NCBI GenBank assembly: GCA_018396995.1
Contig: JAGTQB010000001.1
Location: 67,584-131,583 of the forward strand
DNA length: 64,000 nt
Origin: Candidatus Bathyarchaeota archaeon
Lineage (GTDB): Archaea; Thermoproteota; Bathyarchaeia; Bathyarchaeales; DTEX01
Direction of reading: 5' to 3'
The notes beneath the pieces were generated by a model that did not search any database, was not told the DNA's origin, and saw nothing but the letters and a program-made list of their open reading frames with translations. How positions within the stretch are numbered: position 1 is the stretch's first letter; each line of letters starts with the position of its first letter. The position numbers and the translations under genes were made by a program. Positions 61,736 to 64,000 of the stretch are shown here, piece by piece.

Positions 61736-64000
61736 TTGCCCCTTACTCGTTTCTGGATACTAGACATAAACTATGAAGTGAAGAATCACCAGCCTGAGAT
61801 TTGGCTTTGGGGTATAGATAGTGAAGGAAGAAGAGTTCTAATTATAGACAAGAGCTTCACAACATATTTTTACGTCCTTCCCGAGGAGGGGGAGGATGCC
61901 GAAAAGCTTGCCGATAGGATAAGAAAAGTATGCGCTAACCTGCCATACATAACTGGCGTAGAAGTTGTAGACCGAAAATATTTTGGAAAGCCAGTAAAAG
62001 CGATTAAAATTTACTGTCAGGATCCTGACATCATGCCAGAGTATATTAAGGTCATCTCAAAGGTTAAGGGAATCAGCAGCTTTCTCGAAGACGATATTAG
62101 GTATTCTATGCGCTACATGATTGATAATAACATTGTTCCATGTGGATGGCATGAAGTAGAGGTTGAGGAATGCCCTAACGTGTTAAATGTTCAAGTTGAC
62201 AAAGTGTTAATCGCGAAGTCTACGCCAAGATATCTGTCAGAAATGATCGACATCCCAAAATTGAGGATTCTAGGCTTCTCAATGATATGCTATAGCCCGA
62301 AGGGTTCGCCAAAACCTGAGAAGAACCCTATTGTAATCATCTCAGCCATAACTAATACTGGCGAAGAGAAACAATTTATTGCAGAAAAGACTGAAGATGA
62401 TAGAAAAATAATTAACGATTTTATGAATTTTATAAGGAATTTTGACCCAGATATAATAGTTGGCTTTGAAACAAATAGAAGGGATATACCGTATTTAGTG
62501 GCGAGGGCAAAGGCGAACGGGTTATCTCTAGTAATTGATAGAGCTGGCGCCGAGCCGCATACAAGCACTTATGGCCATGTCTCCATAACTGGTAGGGCTA
62601 ACGTAGACCTATTTGATTATGCGGACGAGTTCCCCGAGGTTAAAGTCAAGACTCTAGAAAACATAGCTGATTACTTGGGGGTCATGAAAATCGAGGAAAG
62701 AGTGTTAATAGAGGATTTTGAGTATGCTCAATATTGGGATGATCCTTCAAAGAGACCAGAGCTACTAAAATTTCTCATGGATAATACAAGGTGCATAATG
62801 GGTATAACTGAGGCAATACTAGACTTCGCAATTCAGCTTTCAAGCCTAGTTGGCCTGCCGCTAGACCATGTCGGCACAGCTGCGGTCGGCTTTAGGGTCG
62901 AATGGTTCCTAATACGTCATGCCTATCACATGGGTGAATTAGTGCCAAAGAAGATTGAGAGAGCGTACACGCCATATGCTGGCGCCCTCGTCTTGGAACC
63001 CAATCCCGGGATTCATGAAAATATAGCAGTTTTAGACTTTAAATCCATGTACCCAAATATAATGATATCTTATAACGTCTCACCAGACACATATATCCCA
63101 CCAGGAGAACCGGAGATAGATGCCTTTATAGCGCCGGAAGTAAACCATAGATTTAGAAAAGAGCCGCCGGGATTCTACCGTGAGGTTCTCGCAAAACTTA
63201 TTAAAGCAAGAGATCATGTAAGGGAGGAGCTTAAGAGGGTTGATCGTGGAACCATTAAGTACAGGATCCTTGATGCCCGCCAAAAGGCAATTAAGGTTAT
63301 TACTAATGCAACATATGGTTATGCGGGGTGGATAGGCGCTAGATGGTACATTAAACCCGTTGCAGAAGCTGTTACGGCGTGGGGCAGACATATAATCATG
63401 AGCACCATTAAAGCCGCCAAAAATATTGGTTTAGAAGTCATCTATGGTGACACAGATAGCATTTTTGTGAGGAACGACCCAGAGAAAATTGAGAGACTAT
63501 CTAAGATTATTGAGGAGAAATTCGGTTTAGAAATAAAGCCGGATAAGGTATATACGCGCGTCCTCTTCACTGAGGCAAAGAAGCGTTATTGTGGCTTAAT
63601 GCCGGATGGAAAACTTGACATAGTTGGGCTGGAAGTTGTTAGGGGGGACTGGGCAAACGTGGCAAAACATATTCAGGAGAAGGTTCTGGAGATAATTCTG
63701 AAGGAGCAGACAGTTAGGAGAGCAGTGGATTATGTACGTAAATATATAATAAATTTGAGAGAGAAGAAAATTCCGTACCGCGACCTAATAATATGGAAGA
63801 CATTAACAAAGTCTCCTGAAGAGTATGAAGTGAAGGCACCGCATGTTGAAGCTGCAAAGTCTCTCCAGAAGGAAGGGTGGACATTAACCGTCGGCGATAA
63901 AGTTGGCTATGTTATAACGGTGGGCTCAGGTAAACTCCATGAGCGGGCTAAACCATACCTCTTAGCGTCTTATGACGAGATAGACATAGAATACTATGTA
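61736..64000 (+). CDS. polB: Family B DNA polymerase (partial; the C-terminus lies beyond the window end), with degenerate exonuclease motifs
   Basis: It is not in the ORF track because there is no stop in the window. It starts at TTG 61736: MPLTRFWILDINYEV... It has pol motif A DFKSMYPNIMISYN, motif B KVITNATYGYAG and motif C YGDTDS. The Exo I position reads FSMIC instead of FDIET. Confidence 0.9.
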   Translation, partial: MPLTRFWILDINYEVKNHQPEIWLWGIDSEGRRVLIIDKSFTTYFYVLPEEGEDAEKLADRIRKVCANLPYITGVEVVDRKYFGKPVKAIKIYCQDPDIMPEYIKVISKVKGISSFLEDDIRYSMRYMIDNNIVPCGWHEVEVEECPNVLNVQVDKVLIAKSTPRYLSEMIDIPKLRILGFSMICYSPKGSPKPEKNPIVIISAITNTGEEKQFIAEKTEDDRKIINDFMNFIRNFDPDIIVGFETNRRDIPYLVARAKANGLSLVIDRAGAEPHTSTYGHVSITGRANVDLFDYADEFPEVKVKTLENIADYLGVMKIEERVLIEDFEYAQYWDDPSKRPELLKFLMDNTRCIMGITEAILDFAIQLSSLVGLPLDHVGTAAVGFRVEWFLIRHAYHMGELVPKKIERAYTPYAGALVLEPNPGIHENIAVLDFKSMYPNIMISYNVSPDTYIPPGEPEIDAFIAPEVNHRFRKEPPGFYREVLAKLIKARDHVREELKRVDRGTIKYRILDARQKAIKVITNATYGYAGWIGARWYIKPVAEAVTAWGRHIIMSTIKAAKNIGLEVIYGDTDSIFVRNDPEKIERLSKIIEEKFGLEIKPDKVYTRVLFTEAKKRYCGLMPDGKLDIVGLEVVRGDWANVAKHIQEKVLEIILKEQTVRRAVDYVRKYIINLREKKIPYRDLIIWKTLTKSPEEYEVKAPHVEAAKSLQKEGWTLTVGDKVGYVITVGSGKLHERAKPYLLASYDEIDIEYYV

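Noticed and set aside
1-64000. I searched for CRISPR arrays, long tandem or inverted repeats, transposases, integrases and att-like tRNA-flank duplications.
   Set aside because: No regularly spaced repeats or mobile-element genes were seen by eye. The tRNA flanks show only promoter-like A/T tracts. An exhaustive repeat search would need computation.

Overview
This 64 kb window is an archaeal chromosomal segment. It looks most like a thermophilic member of Thermoproteota (Thermofilum/Thermoproteales-like), but that placement is inference only. Supporting marks are archaeal uL3-uL4-uL23-uL2, TFE, Rpo6, MBF1, aTrm56, Trm1, proteasome beta, NAC, a family-B DNA polymerase, a stand-alone 5S rRNA, TATA boxes about 25 nt before start codons (leaderless-style), and one tRNA gene holding about 122 nt of intervening sequence in three blocks. 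Coding density is high: about 70 CDS, 1 tRNA, 1 5S rRNA, and no CRISPR array, transposase or integrase.

Gene content by theme:
- A redox island (817-11784): class-I fumarase, malic enzyme, HdrD-like CCG protein, MFS transporter, hexa-cluster polyferredoxin, methanogen-type HdrA, 4-cluster ferredoxin, EtfAB.
- Cofactor genes: thiC, thiDN, nadC, nadX, nadM, moeA.
- A trpA-like/trpB2 pair.
- A glycogen-type island: GH57, two GT4, GalT-like.
- Membrane pyrophosphatase, translation, transcription and tRNA-modification genes.
- AmmeMemoRadiSam components dispersed across the window.

Most noteworthy observations:
1. Four conserved genes (hdrA, nadX, rpo6, hflX) have conserved N-terminal coding sequence with no ATG/GTG/TTG in front of it. 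Each is preceded a few codons upstream by an in-frame stop. Each also has an ATT or ATA codon; in hdrA, nadX and rpo6 it lies a few nt after a GGAGG-like motif, in hflX the GAGGAGGGG motif is about 17 nt upstream.
2. The Hdr/Etf/polyferredoxin island has HdrA where FixC would normally sit.
3. An orphan 585-aa protein carries an MCM/BrxL-like AAA+ core and an unrecognised N-terminal half.
4. A tRNA-Val(UAC) has three predicted introns, two of which pair with each other over 12 bp.
5. A PolB has intact polymerase motifs but degenerate 3'-5' exonuclease motifs.
6. A TrpA-like protein lacks the catalytic Asp.

All functional calls come from reading the translations by eye. No database search was possible.
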